A DNA stretch of 56,424 nucleotides, counting the filler, from Sphacelaria rigidula (taxonomy: Eukaryota), in the NCBI GenBank assembly GCA_964200075.2. It is 6 parts of 6 records of this genome, joined end to end, with 100 filler letters (N's around TTAATTAATTAA, not from the genome) between each part and the next. Parts side by side here need not be neighbours in the genome. Positions count along the whole stretch, not along the records: positions 18,843 to 28,163 come from CAXNAA020008755.1; positions 28,264 to 37,584 come from CAXNAA020008756.1; 4 more parts are not named here. The stretch is one strand, 5' to 3'. The translations under genes were made by a program, and so were the position numbers. The notes beneath the pieces were generated by a model, which worked only from the letters and a program-made list of their open reading frames with translations, did no database searches and had not been told where the DNA came from. This document shows, piece after piece, positions 24,574 to 35,736 of this stretch. Each line of letters starts with the position of its first letter. Position 1 is the first letter of the stretch.

Positions 24574-27308
24574 ATGGTGCCTAGGCAAGGCGAGAATGGC
24601 TCGGCGGCAGCTGCAGAGGCAGGGGACAGAGGGAGGGGTTCATCATCACCATCGCCGGTACCCCCGCCGCCGCCTCCTCTGAGGTTCTCGTCTTATTCTC
24701 TTCTCGAGGTAAGCATTGTTTTCCCACCTTTGGCTACTTTCCTCGTCAAGTACTGGTACTGATTTGCACACAACACCGCTAATACCGTGCGGACAGTGGA
24801 ACCCAGCACCGCAAGGGTGGAAGCCAAAAGTTCTGTCCTGTGCGATACATCAGCGCATGACATAGCCCAAGCTGGCAAAGCTGTAGCAGTAGTCCGACCT
24901 TGTAAGTAGGGATGCTGACCGTGTGCGCATGTAGTCTGTGCCGTTACAGCAGCATCGCTTGTGAACGTCATGGCGTGTTTATACCGTCTGTTTCACCGCA
25001 ATGTACTTACTGCCTGCACAGACTGCAGCACGGTACTCGTAGAGTAGAGGCCAATGTATGTGACTGGGGCTGTCTGTTGTTTGTTCTCCACTCCAGCGCT
25101 GTCAGCGAATAAGCAGGCGCTCGCTGACTAACCGCTTGACCATCGCGACCATAACAAAACAGTCGAAACCCACATAAACCTGCTTCAAACCTTCATGCAC
25201 AACCTTGTGCAGCCCAATACCCTCGCTCATCATCATTACACCCACTCGTACGGGGGATACCACCCCGTGGCAATGGCAAACCCAGCTACAATTTCTCTAG
25301 ATACTGGACCGAATAATGCCATAATAAGATGTCGTTTCACGACAGATCTCGGCAAGAAATATCCAGCGGCATGTTTTCCGCGGCGCGACCACCGATCTCA
25401 GTTTTACGAGAAAATAGATGTCGGGTTCTCATCGGCGGGACTATTTTCGTTTTCTTCAAATCCACGTTCACGTGTTCGCTGGCACGTCCCGTTGTTACCT
25501 CAGAAGATATTCGGGAAACAGTATGTATGCACAACCCGACAGTCGGCGTATGTGTCGACCATAACAAAGGCGCCTATCAAAGACTATGATTTCGCAAGTG
25601 TTCGTATAGTACTGTGCATGTGCTTCGAATCGGGTGTCCCCCCCCCCCCCCTTGTTTTTTTTGTTTCTTGTTCGGTTTTGTGTAGAATGCGCATGGTACG
25701 CGGCAGTGTGCTGTACACCGTGCTAAATATATACTGCACTACAGCACACCACATTTTCATGTAAAGACGAGGTACACGCGGAAACATAGAACACAAACTC
25801 ACATAAACATGCGTGTGGACACGCCGGGCCGTACCACGCTACGTCCACCTTCATTCCGAACCCTCTCCACGAAACACGCAAAGGCAGCAGTTGAAAACAC
25901 GTGCTGGCGTTTTGGAATGTGGCACGCCGCTCCACGAAACATCACAACCAGAAACCAGACGCTGACAACAACAAGAGCAACTGTGGAACTCCAATGTCAA
26001 AATAGGATATCGAGGGGATACAAGAAATGATTAAGGTTCCAAGGGCAGGTCGAGTCGGGTATACTCAATTGCGGGGTATTTTGAAAGTCGTACTTGAAGT
26101 ACACAAATTGGGGGTAGGGTTGTAGGGATCGCTTTCCAGTTATTTTTTGGGTACGACTCCCAACACTCTACCCTGATTTGAATAACTCGAGTAAGTCCTT
26201 CAAAATACCCCGCAATTGAGTATACTCTACTCGACCTGCCCTTGGAGGGTTCAACTCACCGTCTCGTGGGGAAGAGGGTTTGGTGTCACAGCCGTATGAT
26301 TCACGGTTCGGGCGAATCATCGCCGGTTCGGATCACCAAATCCACGATTTCCTCGGCCTAATTGCTCAAAAGGAAGAAAAAAGTTGATCGCTGGTCCAAG
26401 GGATTTCCACGCAATTTTGCGCCATTCCACGTGCCTTGGCTGCGCGTACCTGGGATGCACGCTTCAAGCAAAGCCTAAGGATTGATTCGTACGGTACGAA
26501 TCAATCACACGAAGATCAATTAATTCCAGACGAATAATTTATTCGTCCGACCCTTGGTATGATTTATCCGAGTACAATATGTTGGCTAATGGGTAGGTCG
26601 GTCGTCAAGCAGAGGTCAGATTTCGGCCCCATGTATCGCATGCATGACGTTTTTTCCTTCTTCACTCAAAACGTGACCCGATATTTCGTGTCTGGAGTAC
26701 TTGCCTGTGCATCAACATCATGAAAACGCAAAGGGTGTTATGCTGCCCTTCCCCCCTCCCCACAACAGTAGCGAGAAAACGGCCGCTCTACTATTGTACG
26801 AGAGAAATGGTGGCCGCAGGAACGGCGAAACAGGAAGAGGAAAATATGATTCGAAGGTTTTTGTGTGATATAAGGAAGAAACGTAATGAGTGCCCAAATG
26901 TTGGAGGTGTCTCATATAGGGGTAGGGACGGTGCTTGGTCACGAAAGCGATGCGTCGTCAATGGTCGAATGATTGAGGAGAGCAACAAATGAGTACGTTT
27001 CTCCCCCCCGTCCCCCTGCCCCACCCCCGATTTTTTTTCGAAAAAGTAGGGAGGAGATGGGGCCACCGGCAGCCTAGGTTTACCTACAGGGGCCCTGTTT
27101 GCACCGTTTGCCAGGCTGCAGCCCTCCCCTGCGCAGATCCCTCGCCAACCCATCCTGTGCACGCACTGTGCGGCCTACCCCAACCCATTCTGCGAGGTGG
27201 ACGCCGCGACGGGAGGTTGGCGATGCTGCTTCTGCAAGAAGGACAACCCGTGCTACGCGGAGGACTTCATAGGCTCCAGTCCTGCGGAGCACCGGGACTC
27301 TTACCCTG
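24574..27308 (+). CDS. SEC23: Sec23-like COPII coat protein, 5' part. Exons 24574-24708 and 27050-27308
   Basis: Spliced translation ...PPLRFSSYSLLE|GGDGATGSLGLPTGALFAPFARLQPSPAQIPRQPILCTHCAAYPNPFCEVDAATGGWRCCFCKKDNPCY...SYP gives a Sec23/Sec24 zinc finger (CxxC-AYxNPFC-WxCxxCxxxN). The short N-terminus favours Sec23 over Sec24. Confidence 0.8.
26040..26244. mobile_element. hAT-like fold-back MITE
   Basis: TIRs caagggcaggtcgagt..gtatactcaattgcggggtattttgaa and their reverse complement. The 8-bp flanks taaggttc and gagggttc match at 6 of 8 positions. Confidence 0.7.
26761..26997 (+). mobile_element. 3' fragment of LINE family A
   Basis: Translates to KKRNECPNVGGVSYRGRDGAWSRKRCVVNGR like the 14.7-kb copy, ends caacaaatgagtacg and has C-rich flanks. 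Confidence 0.8.
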
Positions 27309-28001
27309 GTGAATCCATTTATCGCACGAAAAAGTTGGGTGGGGTCCGGTTGGGTCGAAACGGTTATAGTTGGGAAAAGGCAATCGTCCGTCCTATCTCT
27401 ACTCGAGAGCGAAAAAAAAATAAAAAGCTAAGCACTAACGGTCTATCTTATCGGAACCCGAGCGAAAAGTAATCTGAGAGGGGGGAGGGGGAACTTGGGC
27501 GACTCTCATGCCCTGTGATTGATGGATGCCAATCAGCTACAACCAATCACAAGGTAGCAGTTATGAACGTCGGGGCGTTGATAGTTGAACAATTTTGTTC
27601 AAGTAGTTTTTCGGGTACCGGTAAGATGGGGTCCATTTATGAGATACCTCAATGTATAAGCACGTTCCTTCCTCGGTTTCAAGTAAGTTTTGATTCACCG
27701 GAGGTCACTCGAAAGTCAGAAGCTCAAGTTTTGTTGATCTCTGAGCATACGCATACAATGTTGTAACGCCACCCCCGTCCGCCTCCTCCCGCCTCCCTCC
27801 CCTTGTGAAGATAATTTTTGTCGTCGCCCCTCAGTCATCATCCAAGCATCTGAGCTTGTTTTACGCGTCAGCATACAAACATACATACCGCGATGATGAC
27901 CCTCTTCTAAACGTCTTTTCAATATTTCATGTTGTAGCTGCTTGTTTGTCTCGAGGATTTTTGCCATAAACCTGCTCGCTCCCCCCCCCCCACTCACACA
28001 C

Positions 28002-28066
28002 GCTCCGTCTCGAAAGGGATGCGTGGTCCATGGTCAGACGACTAAGGCAAGCAACAAATGAGTACG
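28002..28066 (+). mobile_element. 65-nt mini-element (3' end of family A) with 17-18-bp TSD
   Basis: gctccgtctcgaaagggatgcgtgg..caacaaatgagtacg flanked on both sides by ccccccccactcacacac. Confidence 0.85.
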
Positions 28067-28099
28067 CCCCCCCCACTCACACACACACCCCACTCACAC

Positions 28100-28150
28100 G
28101 GACCCCCGATGGGGTTGGCGTCGGTTGGCGATGACGCTGTAAAACACGCC
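28100..28150 (+). repeat. Repeat family C fragment
   Basis: ggacccccgatggggttggcgtcggttggcgatgacgctgtaaaacacg, similar to 13436-13486 (-) and 56380-56424. Confidence 0.6.
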
Positions 28151-28163
28151 ACTCACTACGTAA

Positions 28164-28263
28164 NNNNNNNNNNNNNNNNNNNNNNNNNNNNNNNNNNNNN
28201 NNNNNNNTTAATTAATTAANNNNNNNNNNNNNNNNNNNNNNNNNNNNNNNNNNNNNNNNNNNN
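28164..28263. other. Artificial contig linker
   Basis: 44N-TTAATTAATTAA-44N. Confidence 0.98.
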
Positions 28264-29175
28264 ATTCACGCGATGCGGTCGGCAGTACCGCAGGCCAACG
28301 GGATCATTGCCACACTTCCTTCCTTTACCACGCGTCCTCCCGGCTGCTCAAAGGTCGTCACGATGACAACACGGAACTCGCAACATCTGTGAAAGCGGTA
28401 GAGTTTGATATATTTTATCTGCATCGACAAAATCGGAAGGGTTCAGAAAACGACTGGGAACGTGGCCGCTTCGGGTCCTCTTGAACATTTGCCGTGCACT
28501 TAGCAATTTAATGCACCTGTGTGCCTGTCATAGAGTACATATCATGCCCTAAAAGAGTTGTGGTGATTAATAGCGCGGAAACGTACCTCTCCAGAATAGT
28601 AGGACAGGGAAAATCATGTGATTAAACTTTTACCTGGTCATCTTCGGCTTGGCGGGACTTGATCACAGCCTCCGTTATTTATTTCTACAATGACCCCCCC
28701 CCGCGCGCCCCCCTGTCCTCTCTTTTTCTCTCGTCTCCTACAGGGTCAGCGGATAGCTCGCAGTTTCTACCCCCGTGGAGCATACCACGTGAGCAGTGCC
28801 CCCTGCGTGGCCGTGACGCCTTCTTAGGATGTCGCCCCCATCGGTCTAAGAAGAACTCAAAACAACCGGTGAATTCATGAAGCCAAATCGTGGCAAGTGA
28901 GATACGTTAGATGTCCATATGACAGTACCACCAGTGTAGTCCATCGCGGACTCTTTGTCATGGGTCACTCCCGTGGATACAACACGGTACAACGCCACTT
29001 ATCCTATGCAAACGATTCCATTATACCCTTCAGCCGCAGGGGGACATCCTGCTATAGAAGACCCATACGCGGGTGCCCGACGGTAATGGCTCACGGGCGC
29101 GGCATGTAGAAGCTACTTTGAATGTGATCGCAACCCTTAGAGAAAGCCCATCCGTCGCCGTCGTACTGTGTATCG

Positions 29176-30225
29176 TCATCCCGACTGATGATCTCGTCCA
29201 AGTAGCCGGGTCATGGCCGACCTCAAACCTAATACCACACTCCCCCTTACACCTGATCTCGACGATGGCTGACCCACTGGCTGGCTGGCTCGCTGGCCCG
29301 CCGGTTGACCCACCCGCTCGCCCATGCCCGCCAGGGCCATCGCAACATCCGCCAAGACAACTTCTTGCTTATTCACTATAGCAAACTTTTGGCGTGTCCC
29401 TTCAACGAACCTCGGCAGCAAAGCGAGCTTCTGCCCCCCGTAAGCATTAAGGTTGTCCCAAAGCCTCATCATTTGCTCGTCGTTACCGCCAGTCGTGACG
29501 TCGGATGGCGTGCCAGAAGAGCCTCCTGAGTCTGTGACGTTAGATGTCCAGTCACTAAGAGACACACAATCTTCCAATGAGCAAATGAGAAACCGCACAT
29601 TTTGCCCCTGCTGGCCCACTACAAACGACTGTGTATCACCTCGTAGAAGGGACGAACAGAATGGACTCGTTCCACCTGGGAGTAAGTATCGCTCTGTCTC
29701 GCCCTGTCCTTCAAAGCCCACGCCTACGCCCACTCCAGCGTATCCGAGATTCACGGAAACATTCCGCTGTTCATTTCGGTTCGACTCGTACTCGATAGGC
29801 ACCGTGACGACTAGCAAATCCATCCCACCGTCCACCATCTTGTCTCCGCTCACTCGTCGCTCTTCGCCTCCCCAATCCTTTACCCGGTCTTGACATTGGT
29901 CCCCCTCTATGTTCTGTACACCGCCCTCACTTTGCTTTTGGTTGGTGTCACCGCGCAGTTCGCTCTTGCTTCGGCTCAGCCGCCTGATTGTGGACGAGCG
30001 TCCTCTCCTGCATGCTCCAGTGGCGTTCTTCATAACTACGACCCTCTTATCTCTTTGTTTGCCACTTCTGATTCGATTACTCCCACCGCCCCTTCCGCCG
30101 CAAGTGAACACACAGAAGTGGTCCACATGGGCTCGCAGAAGTATCGACCCATCTTCGTCGAATTCAAGAGATAGTTGTTCCTTGGGCATCGTGCACCAAC
30201 CACCACATCCGTCGTCGCGAAGCAC
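29176..30225 (-). CDS. Probable terminal exon of an unknown protein; begins with a ZU5-like C-terminal segment (HFC motif)
   Basis: 349-codon ORF starting exactly after the acceptor ctttcag. VLRDDGCGGW...ILLRAHVDHFCVF resembles the end of ZU5 domains (PIDD1-type W...V-x-HFS-x-F). Confidence 0.65.
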   Translation of the reverse strand: MLRDDGCGGWCTMPKEQLSLEFDEDGSILLRAHVDHFCVFTCGGRGGGSNRIRSGKQRDKRVVVMKNATGACRRGRSSTIRRLSRSKSELRGDTNQKQSEGGVQNIEGDQCQDRVKDWGGEERRVSGDKMVDGGMDLLVVTVPIEYESNRNEQRNVSVNLGYAGVGVGVGFEGQGETERYLLPGGTSPFCSSLLRGDTQSFVVGQQGQNVRFLICSLEDCVSLSDWTSNVTDSGGSSGTPSDVTTGGNDEQMMRLWDNLNAYGGQKLALLPRFVEGTRQKFAIVNKQEVVLADVAMALAGMGERVGQPAGQRASQPVGQPSSRSGVRGSVVLGLRSAMTRLLGRDHQSG

Positions 30226-31236
30226 CTGAAAGTGTCACAGTACAGGGAGTGGGCCATTTCATGATGGTGCTGAGCCAGTATTATGTTGTTCCCTCCGCAA
30301 CTTGAAAAGGACTAGCTATCGCAACGGCCAGGCAGAAAACTCTGGTGTAGAGGCTACTCCAGCGGTACTTCATGAACATGGCGAGATCTCGAATGCCCCA
30401 GGAAAAATATTTGAGGTTACAAACAAAACATCAAGGATTTCCCACAAACCTGATCTGCAACACATGTTCCATGACATTTAAAGCGGGTGGTGGATATATG
30501 CGAGGCATTCACTTGTCAGGACATAACGTTCAGACAGGATAGCCAGTTCCAACAGCCCAGCTTCAGTTTCGTCAATTTTTTTATTTGTTTCCATTTATTG
30601 TCGTCCCCTCGTCCTAAAAAATATGTTTTTCAATTATATTAGTGTTGCGAAATATCCCACTGGCGTTTCTCAGACGTACGTCAAAACCTCGTCCTCTCTC
30701 AGCAGAGTCATAGCTCGTACCATGCAAGACCTAATGGACTGATGACTCTAAGGTGGGTCCCAAACACATAAAGGTAGGTGGGTCCCAAACACAGTAAGGT
30801 AGACAATATGAGAACATACCGTATCGCCCTTGTAGCTTCTTCATAACGGATCGCCCTGTCCATCGTATTGGGCCATAATTCCCGACTGCCATCTGCCGAC
30901 TCCAACGCTAATTTGATATACCTCATCGCTTGGCGAATCTAACATTAATCCAAGGCTCTATTTCTACCCATTCGTGCTCATCGGTCAAATCGGCGAATCT
31001 AACATTATTTTACCCAGCAGATTTTACCCGACATGAAAGTAACAAATTGGTACGTTGATTTCGACGGACGACCCGATGTGCGCATCGGCTGATTTGTCAA
31101 ATTTTACTCCCCGCTCGTCACAATCGGCGAATGAGGGTAAATTCAAATTTATTCCTATTTTTTGGTGCGAATCTCGATACGTTCCATTTCTCGGACAAGC
31201 CGTCATTTTATTCCTATTTTTTGGTGCAGATCCTAA

Positions 31237-31356
31237 CCCTTTGGGAACCCACTGACGACTTTTGTGTTCATGTGAATCGGCATCATTTCGACTTGAAAAT
31301 GACTGAAAATGATGCCGATTCAAAAGAACAAAAATCGTCAATGGGTTCCAAAAGGG
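31237..31356. mobile_element. piggyBac-like hairpin MITE, copy 2
   Basis: ctaa|ccctttgggaaccc ... gggttccaaaaggg|tcaa, with CCC/GGG termini and degenerate TTAA flanks. Confidence 0.65.
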
Positions 31357-32253
31357 TCAAGAAGTTGTCGGACGAGCCGCCGTGAACAGCCGCTATATGC
31401 AGTCGTGCTGATCGGCTATTGTTCGAATGTTACTCCCCGCTTGCCCTTGTCGGCGAATTCGTAGAATCTCTCTATTATTTTCTGCAGATTACATACGTTG
31501 CATTTCACACACAACCCGTATATACAATAGCTTCACGTTCGAGCTCTTCGGCTAATTTCAAATTTTCTCGAACGTTGGGTATGTTTATTCCCATCTGCAA
31601 CCTCCCATATAATCCCAGACGCAGAAGATCCGCCTCTGTGTCGATCCGACCCGTCAAACACGCATGTCTCGCCCGCACCCAACCCCTTCGCCATTATTAT
31701 TCTTGGCACCCCCAACACAGCGTAAACTATGCTGCACGTTAATATGTCGGCCCCACTGATTTCTATCAACGTCCTGAGTACAGTGAAGTGGTTGAGAGCG
31801 CGGTGTTCCCATCAGAGGGGATCTCCAGGCACAGGATAAACGTACCTTCAACAAGGGGTCGACGGGGTCATACTTCTTTCTTCCTGAGTGCTGCCAGCTC
31901 GCGACGCCGAGGCTAGGGAGTCGTATCCGGTCATCCGCGGACGGTTCAAGCTGAAAACTTGGGATCGGATGCGTTCCCCTTGGCGTCCTCAGCGTTGCAA
32001 CCTGGCAGCACCCAGGAATATGGACGTATAACCACGTCCACTCCTTGTGGGATGTGCCTACAGTCCCGTGCCTTGAGGTTCCCTTTGATGGGAAACCCTT
32101 CACCCAGTACACAGGCCACTCGATCGCGGTCAATAACGGTTATCACTGGGGGCGACAAAATACATACGTCTGCTCCTCTTCTGAAGGGTCGCTGGTCCTT
32201 TTCTGTCAGAACACTCGCGCAGGCCGCTGGTCTGATTGCGAAAATTGCCGAGT

Positions 32254-32454
32254 CTTTGGGAGCCCCGTGCTGATTTTTGAGTGTGTGAATCGGTATCATT
32301 TTCAGTCATTTCTAAGTCAATGATGCCGATTCACATGAACAAGAATCAGCGCCAGTGCTGATTTTTGTGTGTGAATCGGTATCATTTTCAGTCATTTCCA
32401 AGTCAAAATGATGCCGATTCATCAACACAAAAATCAGCACTGGGTTCTCAAAGG
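32254..32454. mobile_element. piggyBac-like hairpin MITE, copy 3, with internal tandem duplication
   Basis: The core gtgctgatttttg..gtgaatcggtatcattttcagtcattt..tgatgccgattca occurs twice and the element ends aaagg|ttaa. Confidence 0.65.
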
Positions 32455-35127
32455 TTAAACTAATTTTCGATCCATATTGTCTTCCCACTTTCTTCCCCTT
32501 TGTCCAAAAATACAATTCAATACTGTCTTCCCCTTTGTCCACAAAATCCAATCCAATCCAATCCAACCATTTCAATCAACCTTTAATTAATTAATTAATT
32601 AATAATTTTTTTTACCTATTATATATATTATCCGTATACTGGGGTAGAAGTCGTTTTGTTGAACCCCTCCAACGGCGGTGACATAACCCTTGGTGTTGAG
32701 TTTATTGCTGACTTCATAACCCTGGGGTCGTGGAGACTCCCCTCCCCCCCCCCTTGGCGATTTCATGAAACAAACACGACGCTACGATCCGTTATATTCA
32801 ACCTTACAGTAGTACGTCTGCACCGCACGAGGGGTAAGCGTAATTCGGCTTTGGTTAATTCGTCAGCAACGAATGCATATTTTGCTGATCTCAAGACAAA
32901 TTGATTTAATTTTTACATTGCGTCTCAACACGTCACGCGAAGGAGCACGCATAGCTACATTTTCCAGAAGCCATACTCCGCAAACATCCAAATCAGCAAA
33001 AGAGGGGGGGGCAAGGGGGCAAGGAAGGACGTTCCGCATGAAACTGTGCCATAATCCACCACACCACGGATGAAGTAATGTGTAATCCAGAAAACTGTAG
33101 AAATTATGCTGAGCGCTGCCTGGGCTGTGAAAAATTGTTTTTACTACGTGCAGACCATCCAGGCCGGGGTTGTCTGGGTGGGCAGCCAAAGCGCACTTCT
33201 TGTCGGTGAGAATGTATGATTCCTCACGATTCTGCCGCTTGATTGCCATCGCGAATGAAGAAACGAATTCTCACGGCTCCCATCTAGAGTAGACCTCGGT
33301 GATCCATACATCAGTAGATGGCCGTCACGCCTCCTTCTGCGTACAACACCGCCGCCAGGTGATTGGCACACGGAAGTATACTAGAAGAAGCTAATACTGT
33401 CAGTCGGTTTTCGTGTCTTTCTTGGGCTCGTATGCGTGGTTTTTTACTCTTCTATGCGTCCATGTGCGTATTGTACCAGCCCCCACGGGGTGCAAGTTGG
33501 GCGCGATGATTTGGCGGCTCAACTCTGCACGAAAAACAAGTGGTTTATCCAGGAAGCGTTCTAGACTAGCGATCAGTGTCGGCCCGTTGACTATGCACAC
33601 CTGTCCGCAGCGACGTACAGCTGCATCATTTATTTGGCAAGCATTTCTTCGCTTTTTGTCCGTTCGCTAGCGCTTCTTTGAGTTGTCCATACTTGGTGGG
33701 TACACTGTGTGTCCATGCGGTTGGTCCAGCTGTAATGCGAGGGAGGACCGCGTGCTTGTTGGATCGCTTTGTAATTTGAACACCCCAGGATGGACGTTTT
33801 TCAAGACCGCCTGAGCCAGTTCCTGCAGGAACCACGCTCCTGTCCCCAACCCAAAAATTAACCCTAACCCCAACCCTAGCCATAGGGGCGTTCAAAGACC
33901 AATGCGTTACAAAAAGCACGCGGTCTTCCCAAGCCTTACACAGCCTCCACGAAGGTGAAGAAACAAACCCCAACAAAACATATATTCCGTATCTTCGTTT
34001 AAAGATTGTTTGCGCATCGGTCGCTGAAGGTTTGAATAATCATACCTTCTGGTGGCTGGTGTCTACAAACGGTACGCCATGCAACGATGGGGAAAGCTGA
34101 TCGCACAGAAAAGCAGAACCAAATATACAAGAGAAACAGGTCGAAAAATGGGGCTGGTATACCGCCCAACTGGACGCCAAAACCAGGTGGTTGATCCAGA
34201 ATTTGTTTTCGTCGAGCCCTGGTACTATTTCTAGTCGGAACCCCAACCCTAGGCAGATCGATAACCCTCGGGCACCCAGCACTATTTGACCAAATGGCCG
34301 AACGTTCCGACAAAGCCGCGGACAGTTTCGACCGTGTCACCGACACTTTCGACGGTGTTGGAACTGCCAGCAATTGTCTCGCGACTGTCGCATGTGTCCG
34401 CCGACCGTTCCGACAACACCACAACTATCGCCGATACCTAACCCCACCCCTCTGCGGTAGCATCAGCTTTGGGTGATGATGCCGGGTCTATCAGACTTGT
34501 CGGAGATATTGTCGGGAAATGGGATCCGGTAACTCCGGTAGTGTCGACCGACATTCCCGATATTGTCGTCGACACTGCCGGAGCTATTGGGACTGTCGGC
34601 CATACTCCCAACTCTGTCGTCGAAACTCCTGATAGTTCCAAGAGCGTCGGAGTCGTGCTACAATAGGGGGGGGGGGGGGGGGGGCAGGGGTTGATTCCAC
34701 GAAAAAATGGGCTCATAAATGCTTCAGACGATGTAACACACTCGTGGTGCGTTTAGTTTGGGTAAAAGCGATGTCAAGCAAAATCTTTAACTGTTATCCA
34801 TCAGAAGGAAGCGCGTTTGAACAACCGTTGCTGTTATTAACGACGATTTCAAGTAGAACTTCGTGGAAGAAAATTGCCCAAAATACCCCCCACCCCCTAT
34901 CGTAGCATGATTCGTCGGTGAAAGTTCGGACGCTGCCAACCTGCCGCCGACGGTACCGGCAGCGTAGGAAGTGCAGTACAATGTCGCCGCCACTGTGAAG
35001 TAAGGCGATGGCTTGTTGCCCGTGCGCAAGCAAATTTCTGGATCGTACAGGTGCTGCTTGTTGTTGAAAGCGTAGGCTCGTGTGGCGCTCTCTCACTAGA
35101 GGGACTGACAGCGGTTATACAGTGAAC

Positions 35128-35359
35128 GTGAAGCTCACTTCTTGCGACTTACAGCAAAAGAAAAAGAAAAGTCGGATGGCTTTCGGTGGCGCTGTTCACC
35201 CAAAACAGAATTCAGCACAGTCTCTTCTTCACGCAGAGAGCTGGAGGAAAGCTGGGTAAGCTGGGAGACTGCGTTTCACTCTGCTTTGGCCGAAAAGCGC
35301 CACCGGAAACCATCCGACGTTTCTCCTTATTTTTGCTGCAAGTCGCAAGTGAGCTTCAC
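35128..35359. mobile_element. About 230-bp fold-back MITE-like element
   Basis: gtgaagctcactt..gcgacttacagcaaaa..gtcggatggctttcggtggcgct pairs with agcgccaccggaaaccatccgac..ttttgctgcaagtcgcaagtgagcttcac. Confidence 0.7.
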
Positions 35360-35736
35360 AGCCACTTTGCAACCTCTGCTAGTCTGCCTGGTGAAAGCGC
35401 AACACGAGCCTAAACTTTCAACAGGGCATCAGCCGTCGATTCGCGACTACGTAAGCCAGCACGAGCGAGGGGATGTCGCATCAAGGTCGTCACAGTAGCG
35501 ACGGCAAGATCAAGAAGCCAGATATTTTCGAAATATCTACAGGTATGAAAAGAAATTTTCACGAACAACCTAAAAGCATCTGCGACCGGCCTATCGAACA
35601 AGCATGTCCAACAAAAATTCTATACCTTCAGCTTCAACAGTGACCGATACCTTTCCACAAAGACGCATAGGGTGTACATCTACAGAACATCTACACTGCC
35701 ACGATACTGGAAAATTTATCCCAGTACACCGGGACC

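Noticed and set aside
33844-33880. Telomere-like ccctaa repeats (also near 22875-22905)
   Set aside because: Only a few degenerate units at internal positions, not a telomere.
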